DNA from: an uncultured Solibacteraceae bacterium
Lineage (GTDB): Bacteria; Acidobacteriota; Terriglobia; Bryobacterales; Bryobacteraceae
DNA length: 27,482 nt
NCBI GenBank assembly: GCA_964429095.1
Contig: CAYSBM010000004.1
Location: forward strand, 1 to 27,482
Reading direction: 5' to 3'
Below, piece after piece: positions 26,207 to 27,482 of this stretch. Made by a program: the position numbers and the translations under genes. The notes beneath the pieces were generated by a model. The model worked only from the letters and a program-made list of their open reading frames with translations. It did no database searches and was not told the origin of the DNA. The first letter of the stretch is position 1; each line of letters starts with the position of its first letter.

Positions 26207-27482
26207 ACTCGGCTATGGATTGTTTTTCCAGCGCCATCGGAAGAGTCCAGATGGCCAAATTAGAGTAGTAGTCGTCGCCCCACTGCGGCAAGCCGGTTTG
26301 CCCGTTGATCAAGCAGCGCTGGTTCCAGGGCGCGCGGGTCTTCAGGGCCAATGCCTCCCAAAGCCGCCGCGCAATCTCCAGCCCCGCCTCCCGGCGCCCG
26401 TAATACAGGAACGTGCCGGCGGCGCACAGGTTTTCGCCGACGAATATGTGCGTGGCGTGATCGCCCGCCGGATGCAGCTTGGTGTCGAATGGCGCGCCAT
26501 CCGGCGTGACGCCGTTAATCAAGCCATAAGACGTGGCGCGGAAGTTGAGCCGCTCCACCGCATCGAGCGCCGCTTCCGCATGCACCTGTGGGAGAACGCT
26601 CGCCAGCCCCAGCACCTTCACACACCACTCGCCCATCAGTTGATTTGCCAGCACCACTTCGCTGGTGGTTCCCGCTTTCACGTTATTCCATAGCCGGTAG
26701 TACCGGCCGTTCCATAAACGTTCTTCAAAAGTCCGCTGTCCTCTGGCCAACCGCTCGGCGCACTCACGGGCGAATGAGACATCGCCGACAGCTTCGGCCA
26801 GCGCACGGGCGGCGGCCAGTGTGGCGAGCCACGTGCCGGCAACGTAACATGACACGCCTTCCCACGGCCATACATCGTAAAATTGGTTGGCGGGCCAAGG
26901 CTCGCCCGGAGAAACATGCGCCTGCTCGTGCACTAATCCCGCGCCGTCGTCGTCCAGCGAATACTGGTAGCGCACGGCGCGCTTCACCGAGCCGTAGGCG
27001 CGAGCGAGTTGCCGCTTATCGCCCGTTCTCAAGTAGTGGCGCAGAATCATCTGCACGTACTGGCCGGAGTTCAGCGGGTGCTGGCAGTGGAAGCGCGGGT
27101 CGCGCATGCTCGTGGGAGTGCCGAAACAGAAGGGGACCTCTCCGTCCTCAATCTGAAAGTGCCGGAAGGCGTCCAGCGTGGTCGCGTCCAGCTCCGGATA
27201 CAGGACCAACAGCGGGAAATGCCCGTGCATCCGGCAGACCATGGTCTCGACGATGGGGCCGCCGGTGTGCCTCTCGCTGTGCGTGAACCAGCCGTCTGGA
27301 CCCCACCATTCGTCCTTGCGGGTCCGCGCGATCCAAACCGAGTTCTTGGTAAGGCTGTAAAGGCTTTGCACCAGCCAGTCCCGCAGCCAGGCGGGAAGAC
27401 CGGATTCGTAAATAGCCGCCTGCCACGCCAGCACGCGCCCCAGCCAGGCGTCGAAGTTGCTGAGGCCCGCTTCCGCCACCCG
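26160..27482 (-). CDS. Glycoside hydrolase family 116 (GBA2-like) catalytic domain; 5' part lies beyond the window
   Basis: NQFYDVWPWEGVSCYVAGTWLATL (acid/base Asp region), RLWNGRYY, ANQLMGEW, YGLING and YYSNLAIW. The frame is open to position 27482. Confidence 0.88.
   Translation of the reverse strand, partial: RVAEAGLSNFDAWLGRVLAWQAAIYESGLPAWLRDWLVQSLYSLTKNSVWIARTRKDEWWGPDGWFTHSERHTGGPIVETMVCRMHGHFPLLVLYPELDATTLDAFRHFQIEDGEVPFCFGTPTSMRDPRFHCQHPLNSGQYVQMILRHYLRTGDKRQLARAYGSVKRAVRYQYSLDDDGAGLVHEQAHVSPGEPWPANQFYDVWPWEGVSCYVAGTWLATLAAARALAEAVGDVSFARECAERLARGQRTFEERLWNGRYYRLWNNVKAGTTSEVVLANQLMGEWCVKVLGLASVLPQVHAEAALDAVERLNFRATSYGLINGVTPDGAPFDTKLHPAGDHATHIFVGENLCAAGTFLYYGRREAGLEIARRLWEALALKTRAPWNQRCLINGQTGLPQWGDDYYSNLAIWTLPMALEKQSIAEFTRAGLVSKILAAAG

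Overview
A 27.5-kb GC-rich bacterial chromosomal window, most likely from Acidobacteriota (Bryobacter/Solibacter-like). The taxon is inferred from gene content and gene order, not from a database search. Left to right: a class A penicillin-binding protein (minus strand, runs off the left edge, absent from the ORF track); an aldo/keto reductase and DHDPS-like aldolase pair; a DUF72 gene with a clear sigma70 promoter; an 810-aa secreted multi-domain hypothetical protein; an anaerobic sulfatase maturase (radical SAM/SPASM), an O-antigen ligase-like gene and a YdcF gene; a long minus-strand run (beta-propeller glycosidase-like gene, coupled 79-aa ORF, GHL10-like glycosidase, ACS-family MFS, Fsr-like MFS, queC, queE, GT4); an aromatic amino acid operon (trpC-trpF-trpB-trpA, chorismate mutase, DAHP synthase, tyrA); and the 3' part of a GH116 gene running off the right edge. 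I found no rRNA, tRNA, CRISPR array, IS element or prophage gene. Best leads: (1) the DUF72 gene, which has a C-terminal clamp-binding-like QTGLF motif and repeated TT(C/T)GCT boxes around its promoter; (2) an Fsr-like MFS translationally coupled to queC-queE; (3) the uncharacterised glycan-use locus with a doubly coupled 79-aa ORF; (4) the large secreted repeat protein; (5) a sulfatase maturase with no sulfatase in the window and one missing Fe-S cysteine, possibly a sequencing error; (6) repeated leaderless or short-leader promoters.
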